Shown here: one piece after another, positions 13,142-26,217 of the stretch | Layout of the letters: every line of letters begins with the position of its first letter | How positions within the stretch are numbered: the stretch's first letter is position 1 | Source of the DNA: Nageia nagi | Lineage: Eukaryota > Plantae > Pinophyta | DNA length: 64,000 nt | Assembly: GCA_050084985.1 (NCBI GenBank) | Contig: JBITNC010000001.1 | Coordinates: 140,182,001 to 140,246,000, forward strand | Direction: 5' to 3' | Made by a program: the position numbers and the translations under genes | Notes under the pieces: model-generated | The model's database searches: none | What the model saw: only the letters and a program-made list of their open reading frames with translations | Told to the model about the DNA's origin: nothing

Positions 13142-15736
13142 CAAGTTGTTGGAGATTAACTTGATCTCACGACATTTATTTTTCAAGTGTCAACACTTAC
13201 ATCAGCACCAACTCTCCTCTCAGACACTCAATGTCAATGCTCCTATTAGCACTAGCATTGCAATTTTTGTCAGAATGATTCTTAAGGCATTACTTATAAA
13301 TTCTTTTATATTTGTAGTTTCCATGTAATGTAAGAATTCTTCTTATAACTAATTCTTCACAAATATTAGGTTTGAGATAGGCATAGAATAGTTATTATTT
13401 TTGTTGATTATTGTATGGTATTGCATTGAGCAAGTTGTAGGTTGTATTTTAATTTTGAATTGCTTTCTCTATTATTGTATCACAATTTCAACTATATTGT
13501 CACCATTTATAATCTCCTTATTTTCAGTTAATATAGTTCATATATTCATCTCCATTATTAGTTTTGATTTAATGAATGATAGTTCTATTAAGCAAGGTGC
13601 AACGACGATGTTGTTATTATTGTCAACATATTTAGTGGGACCTAGTTGACATAGTAGTGGAGTGTTTAGTGTTTGTATAAAGGTATTCAATGATGTTGAG
13701 GATATGTTTGATGTTAGGTTGAAGTAGTTTGCAAGTGATTTATGCAAATTTGCAAAAGTTGACAAAATGTTGTAAAAACTTGCAAAAGTTGTTTGGAGTT
13801 TATTTGAAGATGTTTCGTGTGTGTGTGGACCTGTTTAGTACTTGAGTGAAGTTGGTGTAGGTCATTCTTGAAAAATTTCAAAAGTTGTTGCTAGGTTGTG
13901 AAAATTGCAAAATTTGCAAAATTATCAAAAAGGTGTAATTCTTGAAAATATTGTTCATGCATGGAAATGGACTATGTTGCATGGTCGAACATATTATTTG
14001 AAGATTTGTTTTTCAATTGAAAGTGAAGTTACAGCATTGGATCAGTGTTGGTTGGAAGTTGGTACTGTTTTGGATCCCTCAACAATTTTGGTGAAACATG
14101 TCAAGTACGCTTTGGTGTGTGTTCAGATAAGATGGATCAGTGTGGAACATGTCAGCATGTGTGGAAATAGGTTAACATTATGTTTGGGGTATCAGCTCGA
14201 TGTTTGGACCAATCGTTTGCATTGTTGGTACTTGGACAATTTTGCACATTTTGGGACAGTTGTAAAATTAGCCCTGAAGGCCATTTTGAAGGTTGTATAT
14301 TAAGAAACTAGTATAAATTTAGACTATGAAATTTTAAATGGAGGTATTTGGTATTAATATCTGCATACATTTTGAATTTCAAGTTAAACAGACACCAAAT
14401 GCAGAAATGGTGTGAGTTGCAAAAAACTAATTTCTTATTTTTTCCCAGTTTTGACTATTGCAAAATTAGCCTAAGAGGCCACTTTGCAAGTATAATATTA
14501 AGCAAATAAAAAAGATTTGGATTCTAAAATTTTTACTAAAGGTATTTAGATATATCAAGAGCTTAAGTTTTAAATTTCAGCCTAAAAAGAGTTTGTATGA
14601 AGAAACAAAGAGCATTGCAAAATGGCACCGAAGCACTTTTTCCAATTTTGGACAATTTCGTTTTTGTGACAGTTTTATTCTCAAATGCTCAAATTCATTT
14701 TTTCTATTTGAAGAATTCCTCATTCAAGTATGTAATAGTGAAAATATATTTAATTCAATTTATGAAATAAAAGAAGAATGTTAGGTGGCATGTTTGTGTC
14801 ATAAGAATATTTGGTAGGTGGAATATGAGGAGTTACAAAAAGAAATTACATGAGGAGTTACAAATGATAAGTGACATATGATAATATTGTTTCATAAATG
14901 AGTTACGAAATAAGGAGTTACATAATTGATAGGTGACAAGTGGCAAGTGAGAATATGGTAGTTATATAATGGTGTTACAATTGGCAAGTGGCATATAAGA
15001 AATTATAAAAGAATGAGTGTTGGAAAGAGTGGGGTTCACTTCTTGAATTCATATAGAGTGTTCAATACGCAAAAAAATGAAGAATGTGAGAAAAAAAGAG
15101 TGTGATATTGTTATGGAATGGTAAAAATTTGAGTGTTGTGATCTTTAGGATTGTGGTTGTTAGTGTGAAGAGTATGCAAATTTTTATCAGAAGGATGCAA
15201 TGAAGAGACAGTGTGAGCTAGACCATCAGGGTCTTGTGAAAAGATTTTACCTTTTAGGATTTTTGAGTGGGTGCTTGATGAGAGGGGTTGGTGCTCCTTG
15301 CAGTTAGTGTTGTAGAATATTGGGCCAAGTGGATGCTTGGCTATAGGATCTAGTGCTCCTTCTAGTTGGTGTTGGTAAAGTAGGGGTTGATGCTCCTTCC
15401 TGTTGGTGCCAATAAATGATTGTAAAGTTGGTGCTTTACAAGGGCTAAATTTGGACCACGATCCAAGTAGTATTATTTTGGGATGTAGCCATATTGGTGA
15501 ACATTATTATATCTTATGTTGTATGATGCTTCCTTGATGTGCTTGTCTTTCTCTGGTTTGTTTCAATTTATATTTTGCATGGCTTTAGTTTTATAAGTAG
15601 AAGATTTGAGATTTAAAATATAACACATTGATTCACCCCCCTCTTAGTGTCATTGTGTGACTAACAATTGGTATCAGAGAAAGATCTCATCAAACAAAAG
15701 CTTAATCAGCTTAGGAAGATATTGGACTATTACACA

Positions 15737-17820
15737 ATGGAAAAAAGGAAACGATCAAAGAAATCTCATCAATCACCTAAGGTATAGCCTAAAGAGTCTA
15801 TAGAAGAAGTGTTAGGAATAGCTCCAGAGGTGAAAGAAGCTACAAGAATAAAAGGAGATTCAAGTGATGTGTACACCATAGAAGGGAAAGATAAAAAATT
15901 TAAATCATAGAAGAGTATGAAGATGAAAACATAGAAATCATTGTAGATCTAGAAGGAGAATTGATCGCCACTCTTGAAGAGTTGGATAAAGAAAGGAAAA
16001 AGAACAAAAGACTTTCCAAGAAGTTAGAAGAATATGATGATAAGTTTGAATACCTTTGCATTAAGATTCAAAAGGCTAAAAAGATCGAAAAAGAACTAAG
16101 AGCACAAGTCAATAACAATGCTAAAGCATATAGCACACCAGATAAAGAATCTGAATGCTTAAGAATGTAGCTTGAGAAATTTGATAAAATTGTTAAGGAC
16201 TTATATCTACATCTTGAAAAGGCCAAGAATATTGAAGATGCTCTAAAATCATAATTGAATGATAATGATTAGGTAGAAAAGCTTATCAGGCTAAGGAAGA
16301 AACTTGAAGAAACTCAAGCGATGGAGGAAGCATTAGGATCACATGTGGAACAATGCAATAAATGTGAAGAGATAGCAAATAAAGTCACTAAAATCTCAAG
16401 TTGCAAGTGGAAGAAGCTATAAGAATTAAAGAAGCCCTCAAATTGCAGACTAAGGAGAAATATGTTGCCCATTACAAACTTGAATAAGAGATTATTTTAT
16501 TTAGGAAGCAACTAGATGAAATCAATCGAAAGCTGACCATAAGCCTTAAGTTTGAAAAGAGAACATGGTTACTGGATGATATGTTAAGACAACAAAGAGA
16601 CCCCAAGAATAAATATGGTCTTAGATATGATGTAAAACAACCTTCATCCTCCAAATTTGTAGAGAAGAAAGAGTTCCAATGTTGTGAGAGCAAAGAACAA
16701 GGAGCATGATGCTAAAATATCAAAGAAGCCTCCAAAGGATAAGATGTATGTACAAGTGAATGCAACTACAAACAACCAAAAAAGGACCAACAAACCAAAC
16801 AATGAGAGGATCAAATTCATTAGAGCAACACATCAAAGAATATATCAAGAAAAGATTGAATCATACCAACACCAACAATCACGTTTGCAGTAACAACAAA
16901 GAAGATTTGCAACAAGCTAGAACTAGCAAAATAGGTTTCATGCATCTCATCTTGTTTATGATAATGTATTCTTTGATTATTTTCTAAATGTAATCAATAT
17001 GGTCATAAGGAAATCAGATGTAAGTCAAATATCATGCATAGAAACTTTACTAGACAAAGATCATTTAGGTATATGCTAAATGATAATATAAAATACTTTA
17101 GATGCAACCAATATGTCATAAAGCAGTCAACTGTAAAGCAAACATTAGAACAAAAGGTTATAGTGGTAGAAATGCATATGCCTTTCAAATTGAATATAAT
17201 GTTAGATATTTTAAATGTCACAATCATGGGCATATAGCAAGATTTTGTAGAAGCACCTTTGCATCAATTAGGTGGCAATACAACATATTCTATCAGTCAT
17301 AAAAAATGCAACAGAGACAAGGAAGAAATTACCATGTTCATAAAAAAATGAAGAACAATCTTCCATCAAGAATGCACAAGAGATAACCTACAAAGAAAAA
17401 TTTCTCGATTGCTAAATAAGAGAAGATAGATGATGGATTCAAATTGAGGCTCAAGAAGGTTTGGGGAAAGAAAGAAGAGAAGATATTTTGTCTCCTTAGT
17501 CTGAAGGATATCTTGGGCATATAGCAAAATTTTGCAAAAGCACCTTTGCATCAAGTAGGTGGCAAGACAACATATTCTATCAGTCACAAAGAATGCTACA
17601 GATACAAGGAATAAATTACCATGTGCATCAAAGAATGAATAACAATCTTCCATCAAGAATGCATAAGAGACAACCTGTAAAGAAAAATGTCTAAAATGTT
17701 AAAGAAGAGAAAACAAATGATGGATTCAAACTGAAGCTCAAGAAGGTTTGGAGAAAGAAAGAAGAGATGACATTTTTTTCTTCTTGTTATGAAGGAGATC
17801 ACTCTTCCAAAGCACTAAGC
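15737..17820 (+). pseudogene. Gag-derived coiled-coil and multiple zinc-knuckle region of element B
   Basis: VDLEGELIATLEELDKERKKNK coiled coil; knuckle remnants KCNQYGHKEIRC, RCNQY.HKAVNC and KCHNHGHIARFC. Confidence 0.7.
17228..17800 (+). repeat. 287-bp tandem duplication in the element B gag tail
   Basis: GGGCATATAGCAA..GCACCTTTGCATCAA..GGTGGCAA starts at 17228 and again at 17515. Confidence 0.85.
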
Positions 17821-18374
17821 AACTCCAAGTAGCACATCCTTAGGGGGACCAATTCCAAATTACATCTTAATGGTCTTATGCATGCAATGATTTTCCAATA
17901 GTTACCTAAGGGGGAGAAAATATTTCATGGATGATATAGGTGCTTGGTGCTGCTGAGTAGAGTTTATGTAAAGTTTTCATTCATACAATAGAGTTAAAGG
18001 TTGTTGGTTTCACAACTATTGCATCTAGAAGTCGAACCATATGTCACTGTTGCACTCTCAATGTTTCTTGACAATGTTGTTCAATGTTGTGGACTATCTT
18101 TGGTATCATATTAGTTCATTTGTTGAAGATAAGAGTACAAAGCAGAGCCTAAAATGGAGTTATGTGGCCTAGATGGTATAAGTTGTAGAGATGCAAAGAA
18201 AGTAAGGATGGCCTCATATTTGGTTGGAATTCTTGGTTCATGGATTGTTGTATTTGTTGCATGTTGTAAAGTAATTGATTTGATCAATGCATTATTGATG
18301 ATATTGTTGCCATTGGGATATGGTGTGCATAAGGATGTTCAAATCAAATCAAGTTAAGTGGCAATAAGAATGAG

Positions 18375-19140
18375 TTGTACGAGGATTGCAAGCTGGTAAG
18401 CACTCCCATGATGATAGTTTGCAAGTTGAGCAAGGATGATAAATCTCCACCTATTGATCAAATTATGTGCAGGTCCTTGATTGGGAGCTTATTGTACTTG
18501 ACAACTACTATACCTGACATATTAAAGGTAGTATGCATGGTTGCTCGATTTCAAGATAATCCCAAGGAGACACATGTGACTGCAGTGAAGAGGATCTTTT
18601 AATATCTCAAAGGTACAATGGATTATGGATTATGGTATCCCAAGGGTAAGAACTTCACACTTATTAATTTTTCATATGCAGATTGGGCAGGGTGTGTTGA
18701 TGACATGAAGAGTACCAGTGGAAGTGCATTTTACTTGGGTGAAAAGCTTGTGAGATGACATAAGAAGAAACAGAAATCAATATCTTTGTCTACAACAGAA
18801 GCAAAGTATATAGCAACAACATCTTATTATACACAATTTTTGTGGATGAAGCAAATGATGAAAGATCTTGGTATTCAAATTAGTGAGTCAATTTCAATCA
18901 TGTGTGACAATAAAAGTGCAATCAATATCTCAAAGATCCTAGTTATGCATTCTCACACAAAACATATTATTATCCAGTATCTTTTCTTGAAGGAGAAAAG
19001 TTGTTGAAGGAGAGGGTAAGTTAGATTTTGTTCCAACAACAGAGCAAATAGCACATATCTTCACCAAACCATTTTCCAAAGAAGTATTTGAGTACCTTCA
19101 TAAAAACTTAGGAGTGGTCACACTTCCCAAGCATTGACTA
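18375..19140 (+). pseudogene. RT C-terminus and RNase H remnant of element B
   Basis: CKLVSTPM..RSLIGSLLYLT..AVKRIF; ADWAGCVDD; STTEAKYIA; CDNKSAINISK; HSHTKHI; QIAHIFTKP. Confidence 0.9.
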
Positions 19141-21737
19141 GCTTTCAAGGCCACATTCTTAAGGAGAGCATTTTTTTCCTTATTTATCCTTTTGTTCTTG
19201 TTCATGATTTGCACTAAGTGTACTAATTTTTTCTTGAGAATGTTGTCTATGGACTCAAGGGGAGTTTGTAACATCCCTTTGTACTTGTTGTCAAAGGTAA
19301 AGAAGAAATTACAAGTTGTGTGTGTGTTACCAACAATTCCAAAGGGGGAGATTGTTGAGCAATGTACAATGACGATGTTGTCATTGTTGTCAACACACTC
19401 AGTGGAATCCAGTTGGTGCATCAGTGGAGTGTTTGGTGCTTGTACAAAGGTATTAAGTGATGTTGAGGATGTATTTGATGCTTGGTTCAAGTTTTTGCAA
19501 GTGATTTGTGCGAATTTGCAAAAGTCATTCAAAAGTTGTCAAAATGTTGTAAAATTTTCAAAAGTTGTCAAAAAGTTGTTTGGAGATTATTTGAAGATGT
19601 TTGGTGTGTGTGGACGTGTTTAGTGCTCGAATGAAGTTGGTGCAGTCCATTTTTGCAAAATTTCAAAGTTGTTGCTAAGTTGTGAAAATTATAAAATTTG
19701 CAAAAATTGTCAAAAAGGTGCAATTCTTGAAAAAGTTGCTCATGCGTGCCAATGGACTGTGTTGGATGGACCAACATATCATTTGAAGCTTTATTTTTTG
19801 GTTTGAAGTGAAATTGCAGCATTAGATATTGCAACATTGGATCAGTGTTGGTTGGAAGTTGGTACTGTTTTGGATCCCTCAATAATTTTGGTGAAACATG
19901 TCAATTTCGCTTTGGTGTGTGTTCGGACAAGATGGATCATTTTGGAACGTGTCAACATGTGTGGAAATAGGTCAACATGGTGTTTGAGGTGTCAGCTTGA
20001 TATTTGGACCAGTTGTTTGCATTGTTGGTACTTGGTTGGAGATTTTACACATTTTGGGATAGCTGTAAAATTAGCCTCAGATGCCATTTTGATTGTGAAA
20101 TATTAAGAAAACCATGAAGATTTAAATCACAAAATTTGCATTGGAGGGAATTTGTACTACGATGTACATACAATTCAAATTTCAAGTCAAACATACATTC
20201 GAGATAGAAACGGCATGAGTTGTAAAAAGCCAATTTCTCATATTTTTCCAGTTTTGATTGTTGCAAAATTAGCCTTAGTGGCCACTTTGCAAGTGGAATA
20301 TTAAGCAAACCAAAAGGAGTTGCGTTCTAAAATTTTTATTGGAGGTAACAAGATATACCAAGAGCTTAATTTTTAAATTTAAGCCCAAACAAACTTTGTA
20401 TACAAAAAAGGTGAGCATTGCAGAATGACACTAAAGCATTTTTTCCAGTTTTAGACAGTTATGTTTTTGTGATAGTTTTGCTCTCAAATGCTCAAATTCA
20501 TTTTTGCTAGTTGACGAATTCTTCATTCAAGGATGTAATTGTGAAAATATATTTACTTCAATTGATGACATAAGAGAATAATGCTAGGTGTATATTTGTG
20601 CAATAAGAATATTTAGTAGGTAAAATACAAGAAATTACAAAAGGAGTTATATATGAGGAGTTACAAATGACAATTGGCATATGAGAATATTGTGTCATAA
20701 AGGAGTTACGAAAGGAGTTACATATGAGAAGGAGTTACAAATGACAAATGGAATATAATAATAGTGTCATAAAGGAGCTACGAAATAAGGAATTACATAA
20801 TTGGTAGGTGATAAGTGGCAAGTGAGGAGATGACAGTTATATAATGAAGGAGTTACAATTGGCAAGTGGCATATGAGCATATTGTGTCATAAAGGAGTTA
20901 CGAAATAAGGAATTATAAAAAGGATGAATGCTTGGAAAAAATGGGTTTCACTTCTTGAATTCATATAGAGTGTTTTTATCAATATGCAAAAAGATAAAGA
21001 ATGTGAGAGAAAAAGAGTGTGAGATTGTTATGAAATGGTGAAAATTTGAGTGTTGTGACATTTAGTGTTGTGGTTGTCATTATGAAGAGTGTATGAAGTT
21101 TTGTCATATAGATGTAGTGAAAAGATAATGTGATTTAGATCATTAGGGACTTGTGACAAGATTTTTATTTTGCCTATATCTTTTAGGATTGTCGAGTGGG
21201 TGCTTTTTGACAGGGGTTGGTGCTTCTTATAGTTGGTGTTGCAGAAGATTGGACCAAGTGGGTGCTTAGCTACACGAGTTGATGATCTTTCTAGTTGGTG
21301 CTGGTGGAGTAGGGGTTGGTGATCCTTCCGGTTGGTGCTGATAAATGATTGTAAAGTTGATGCTTTACAAGGGTTGAATTTTGACCATGATCCAAGCAAT
21401 CTTATCTGGAGATGTAGCCATATTGGTGAACCTCCTTATATATTGTGTTGTGTGATGCTTCCTTGATGTGCTTACTTTGCTCTGATTTGTTTAAATTTTT
21501 ATTTTGCATAGCTTTATTTTTATAAATAGAAGATTTGAGATTTAAAACACCCTCTATGAGTGTTAGTATGTGACTTACAAGTTCTATTTAGTTGCTTCAT
21601 CCTTTGAATGTTGTTGTTTAAGTTTATATTAGAAACATCATTTTGGTATCATAGCTAGTTCGGTTGTAAGGTTTGAAGTTTTTGATCTTAATAGCATTTT
21701 ACTAATTTGCTATTTGAGATTATTGTTTGTGCTATTA

Positions 21738-24700
21738 TGGCAAACAATACAAACTCTCTTGCCATTCCAGAGTTTTATGGAGCAAACTATGAGTATTGGA
21801 GCATCAAGATGAAGATTTTGCTAATGAGCAAAGATTTATGGCACATTTTGAATTATGGATATCTTGAACTAGTAGATTGGAGCTTACTATTGATGCTAAA
21901 AAGATAAAGGAGAAGGAACAAAAGAAGAAATGTCTAGCACTCTACCATCTTTAGTCAGCTCTAGATAAGAGCATATTTCCAAGGATTGCAAGCTGCAAGT
22001 TAGCTACTGAAGCTTGGAAAGCATTGCAAGAAGGTTACCAAGGCAATAACCAAGTGAAAGAGATCAAGTTGCAAACTTTGAGAAGGGAGTTTGAGAGCTT
22101 GAGGATGGAAGAGAATGAAGGGTCTAGAGAATATTGTGTTAGAGTGAAGGTAGTCGTCAAGAAGATGGCAACCCTTGGAGAGCAAATTGAAAAGCTTGTA
22201 ATGATAAAAAAGATCTTAAGAACACTCGCTTCTAAATGGCATCACATAGTTGTTAACGAGGAGACCAAAAATCTTGCTACGTTTGAAATTGATTAGCTCA
22301 TTGGATGTCTCATGAGGAGAGACTGTAGGGGACAATAGGTGGAAGGAACAAAGAGAAGGCCTTCACCATCATCAATGCTAGGCCAATATTGAAGCGGAAA
22401 ATAAGGAAATAGTCAGGGAAGAGGCCAAAAATCTTCTAGAGGAAGAGGTGGGCAAGGTCAAGGTGGTTCTGCTCACATTTGAGGATGAGGAAGAGGTGAT
22501 AAGAAAAATATGCAATGTTACTATTGCAACAAGTTTGATCATTTTGACAGGGAATGTAGATTGAAGAATGGAAATGGAGGTCTGCAAACTTTGGAGAGGA
22601 AGAAGCTCCTCATGAACAATGTCATTTTTTTCTTATCACTAAGTTGAGAAGAACCTCCAAGAGACTTGGTTGCTTGATACAAGGTGTTCAAACCATAGGA
22701 TTGGAAAGGGAGAGATGTTCTCTTCCTTGGAACACTCCTACAAGTCTAGCATTAGGCTTGAAAATAACAAATCCTTGACTATCGCAACAAAAGGTGTGAT
22801 GGAAGTGGCCACCATTGAAAGTAATAAGAAGGTACATGATATTTACTATACTTCAAATATAAAGCACAACTTGTTGAGTGTAGGACAAATCATGGAGATG
22901 AACCATAAATTAATTTTTTATGATGGAAAGTGTCATTTGTGACAAGAATAATGGGAATAGGTTAGTCACCAATATTCCCATGACAAAGAATATGCTATTT
23001 CCCTTGAAGTTTAAAGGTGAAATGTGAAAAGTTACAAATGTGGTTGCACATGGAGTGATAGTTGAAAACAAAACATGGTTGTGGCACCTCAAATTTGGCC
23101 ATTTGACCTTTGGGAGCATGAAATTGTTGACATCTCATCAGATGGTGTGTGGTTTTCCTAAAGTGGAGGACTCCAAAGCTGTGTGTAAAGGGTGTGCTCT
23201 TGGGAAGCATGCTAAGAAGAGCTTTCCTAAGGGAGAAGCATGAAGGGCCTCATACCCATTACAGCTGATTCACATAAACATTTGTGGGCCCAAGTAGACT
23301 TAAGTTTAGGTAGGAATTCTTACTTTCTTACCTTCTTTGATGATTACTCTTGAATGTGTTGGATCGTTTCCTTAAACATAAAGATAAAACATTTCAGTGT
23401 TTCAAAGATTTCAAAAACCTTGTAGAGAATCAATGTGATTCTAAGATTAAATGTTTGAGGACTGATCGTGGTGGAGAGTTTTACTCTAATGAACTTCTCC
23501 AATTTTGAAGGGATCATGGGATTAAAGAGGTAACTCATTGTTGCCTACACCCCACAACAAAATGGAGTGGCAAAAAGGAAAAATAGAACTGTTGTGGAGA
23601 TAGATAGAAGCATGTTGCAAACCAAACAGTTGACAAACACGTATTAGGGTGATGTTGTTAGGACAACTGTAAATATTTTGAATTGAAGTCCCATAAGAAG
23701 CTTGGAGAACATCACTCCTTATGAGCCTTGGTATCAAAGAATCCCAATGTGAATTATTTTGAAGTTTTTGGGTGCAAGGCATTTGCTCATGTAGTTGATG
23801 AACAAAGGAAAAAGCTTGATGCAAAAAGTGAAGTTTGCATTTTTATTGGCTACTGTGAGCAGACAAATGCCTATATGCTTTACAATTCCAAAACTAGGAA
23901 GATTATTATGTCCAAAGATGTAATTTTTGATGAAAGGAGAGTTTATAGTCATCAAAAACTATATGTTGATGATGGATCCAAATCAAAAAGTTCATCAAGT
24001 TCTTCCACTAGGAAGAAGATGTAGCAAAGTGTGCAATTGGGTGTGCAACCGAATGTGCAGACTTGTGGGCAACTAAATCCTTTTGGGTCTAGAGCCAACG
24101 TTGGGAGTAGTGCCAACACTCCTACTTTTCCACCCAATCCTCCTTCAATAAGTCCATCAAATAGTCCAAATAAAAGAACATCTAGTCCTTCTACCAATGA
24201 TGAGTCACCTAACATTTTCTCCAAAGTAAGAAGAACAAAAAAGGGGGCTAATCCACTTCAAATCCATCCACCACCTCAAATTTTGGATACCATTTTCCCA
24301 AGAAGGTTGACTAGAGGCTAGACTCAAGAGATAAATTATGTGAGTTGCCCAAAGGAAAGAAGTGTGTTGGATCCAAGTGGGCCTACAAGGCCAAATATAA
24401 CAATGATGGGACTGTTGAAAGATTCAAAGTAAGTCAAGTTAACAAAGGATTCACATAGAAATATGAGATTGATTATGGAGACAAATGCTCTTGTATCAAG
24501 GCAAGAGACTGTTAAAATGATCCTTTCCTTGGCTGCTCATAAATGTTAGATAGTACATCATATGGATGTCAAAAATAGCTTTTTGAATGCGTAGAAGAGG
24601 AAGTTTATGTCCAACAACCTCAAGGTTTTGAGGTAAAAGAAAAAGAGAATTTAGTGTACAAGTTGTAGAAGGCCTTGTATGGTCTTAAGCAAGCTCCAAG

Positions 24701-25690
24701 AGCTTGGTATAGTAGAATTGATGGCTACTTTCATAAGAGTGGCTTCAAAAGGAGAAAATCATAGCCTACCTTGTATGTGAAGAAAGAAGGTAATGACATC
24801 CTACTTATGTGTTTGTATATGGATGATTTGATTTATATGGCTAGTAATTATGTTTTGAATGATAGCTCTAATGTTGATATGATGCAAGAGTTTGAAATAA
24901 AAGATTTGGGGCTGATGCACTGTTTCCTTAGCATGGAAGTGCATCAAAACAATGACACAATCTTTATTTGTCAAACAAAATATGCAACTAATAAGTAGAA
25001 GTATGGGATGGAGAGTTGCAAATCAATCCCTACACTTGTTACTCATGGTATATTGTTGTGCAAGGATGATAAGGCTAAGAAAGTAAATGTAAAAGAGTTT
25101 AGAAGCATTGTTGGGAACCTTATGTTTCTCACCAACACCAAGTCAGATATTGCTTTTGTTGTCTCAATGGTTTCAAGGCATATGAGTGACCCATCTCTTT
25201 TGCATTTAAAGGTTGCAAAGAGAATTTTGAGGTATGTATGGAGCTATTTGGTTTTACAAATTCCAATTAGGGTAGTAACTTGGATGATCAAAAGTATACT
25301 TCTGACAATTATTTTTCATTAGGATTTGGATTGATCACATGGAGCTCTAGGAAGCAATGATCAATAACACTCTCCTCTATTGAAGTAGAATACATAGCAC
25401 TCACTTTAGTAGGTGCACAAGCATTGTGACTCCAAAAGGTGTTGGAGGATATTGGTGAGAAGCAACATGGACCCACTTTATTATGTTGTGACAACTTGAG
25501 TGTTATTCACTTGCCACAATGCCCGATCCACCATAACAAATCAAAGCACTTCGAATTAAAATATCACTTCATTCGTGATGTGGTGGAGAAAAGACTGATT
25601 GAATTGAGACATTGTACCATTCATAATCAACTAGCGAATGTATTTACAAAAGGGATCGCTAAATCTCGATTTTTGAAGCTAAGGAACTAA
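21738..25690 (+). pseudogene. Decayed gag-pol of copia A (gag/UBN2, zinc knuckle, protease, integrase, RT, RNase H)
   Basis: NYEYWSIKMKILLMSKDLW; KLQTLRREFESLRM; CYYCNKFDHFDREC; WLLDTRCSNH; LWHLKFGHL; LRTDRGGEF; PQQNGVA; HHMDVKNSFLN; LYGLKQAPRAW; CLYMDDL; KHFELKYHFIRD; QLANVFTK. Confidence 0.93.
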
Positions 25691-26217
25691 CTTGTGAATC
25701 CACTCAACATCAAGGGGGATGAGGGTATGTTGGAGATTGACTTGATTTCACGATATCGATTTTTCAAACATCAATGCTTACACCAACATCAATGCTCATG
25801 TTAAACACTTGGTGTCAACACTCATGTTAGCGCCATCACTGCAATTCTTATCATAATTATTCTTTAGGCATTACTTACAGATTCTTTTGTATCTATAGTT
25901 TCCATGTAACGTAAGAATCCTGCTTGTAATTGATTCTTTACGAAACTTAGGGTTGAGATAGACATATAATAGTTATTATTTTTTATTGCATTGAGCAAGT
26001 TGTAGGTTGTAGTTTAGTGTTCTCTTGCTTTCTCTATTATTGTATCACATTTTGGGATGTATTGCCACCATTTGAAATGTCCTTATTTTCAGTTAATACA
26101 ATTTGTACATTCATCTCCATTATTGGTTTGGATTTGATGAATGATAATTCCATTTAATTGCTTCATCCTTTGAATGTTGTTGTTGTTGTTTGAGATTATA
26201 TTATAAATCTCACAAGT

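Larger units (their letters stand above)
13586..21579 (+). mobile_element. Ty1/copia element B, non-autonomous with ~2.1 kb LTRs, nested in the 5' LTR of element A
   Basis: LTRs 13586-15666 and 19353-21579 align along their length. TSD AGTTC at 13581-13585 and 21580-21584. PBS TGGTATCAGAG at 15669-15679; PPT AAAGGGGGAG at 19341-19350. Confidence 0.95.
13147..26212 (+). mobile_element. Full-length degenerate Ty1/copia element A
   Basis: 5' LTR 13147-21640 (split by element B) and 3' LTR 25728-26212, both TG..CA and homologous. TSD CAAGT at 13142-13146 and 26213-26217. PBS TGGTATCATAGC at 21644; PPT AAGGGGGATGAGGG at 25712-25725. Confidence 0.95.

Noticed and set aside
13905-14303. 132-aa ORF also partly open at 19837-20106
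   Set aside because: The similarity is just the LTR duplication; no domain recognised and the ORF extents differ.
19098-19623. Overlapping 143/144-aa ORFs on both strands
   Set aside because: They span the PPT/LTR boundary in TG-rich sequence with no protein features.
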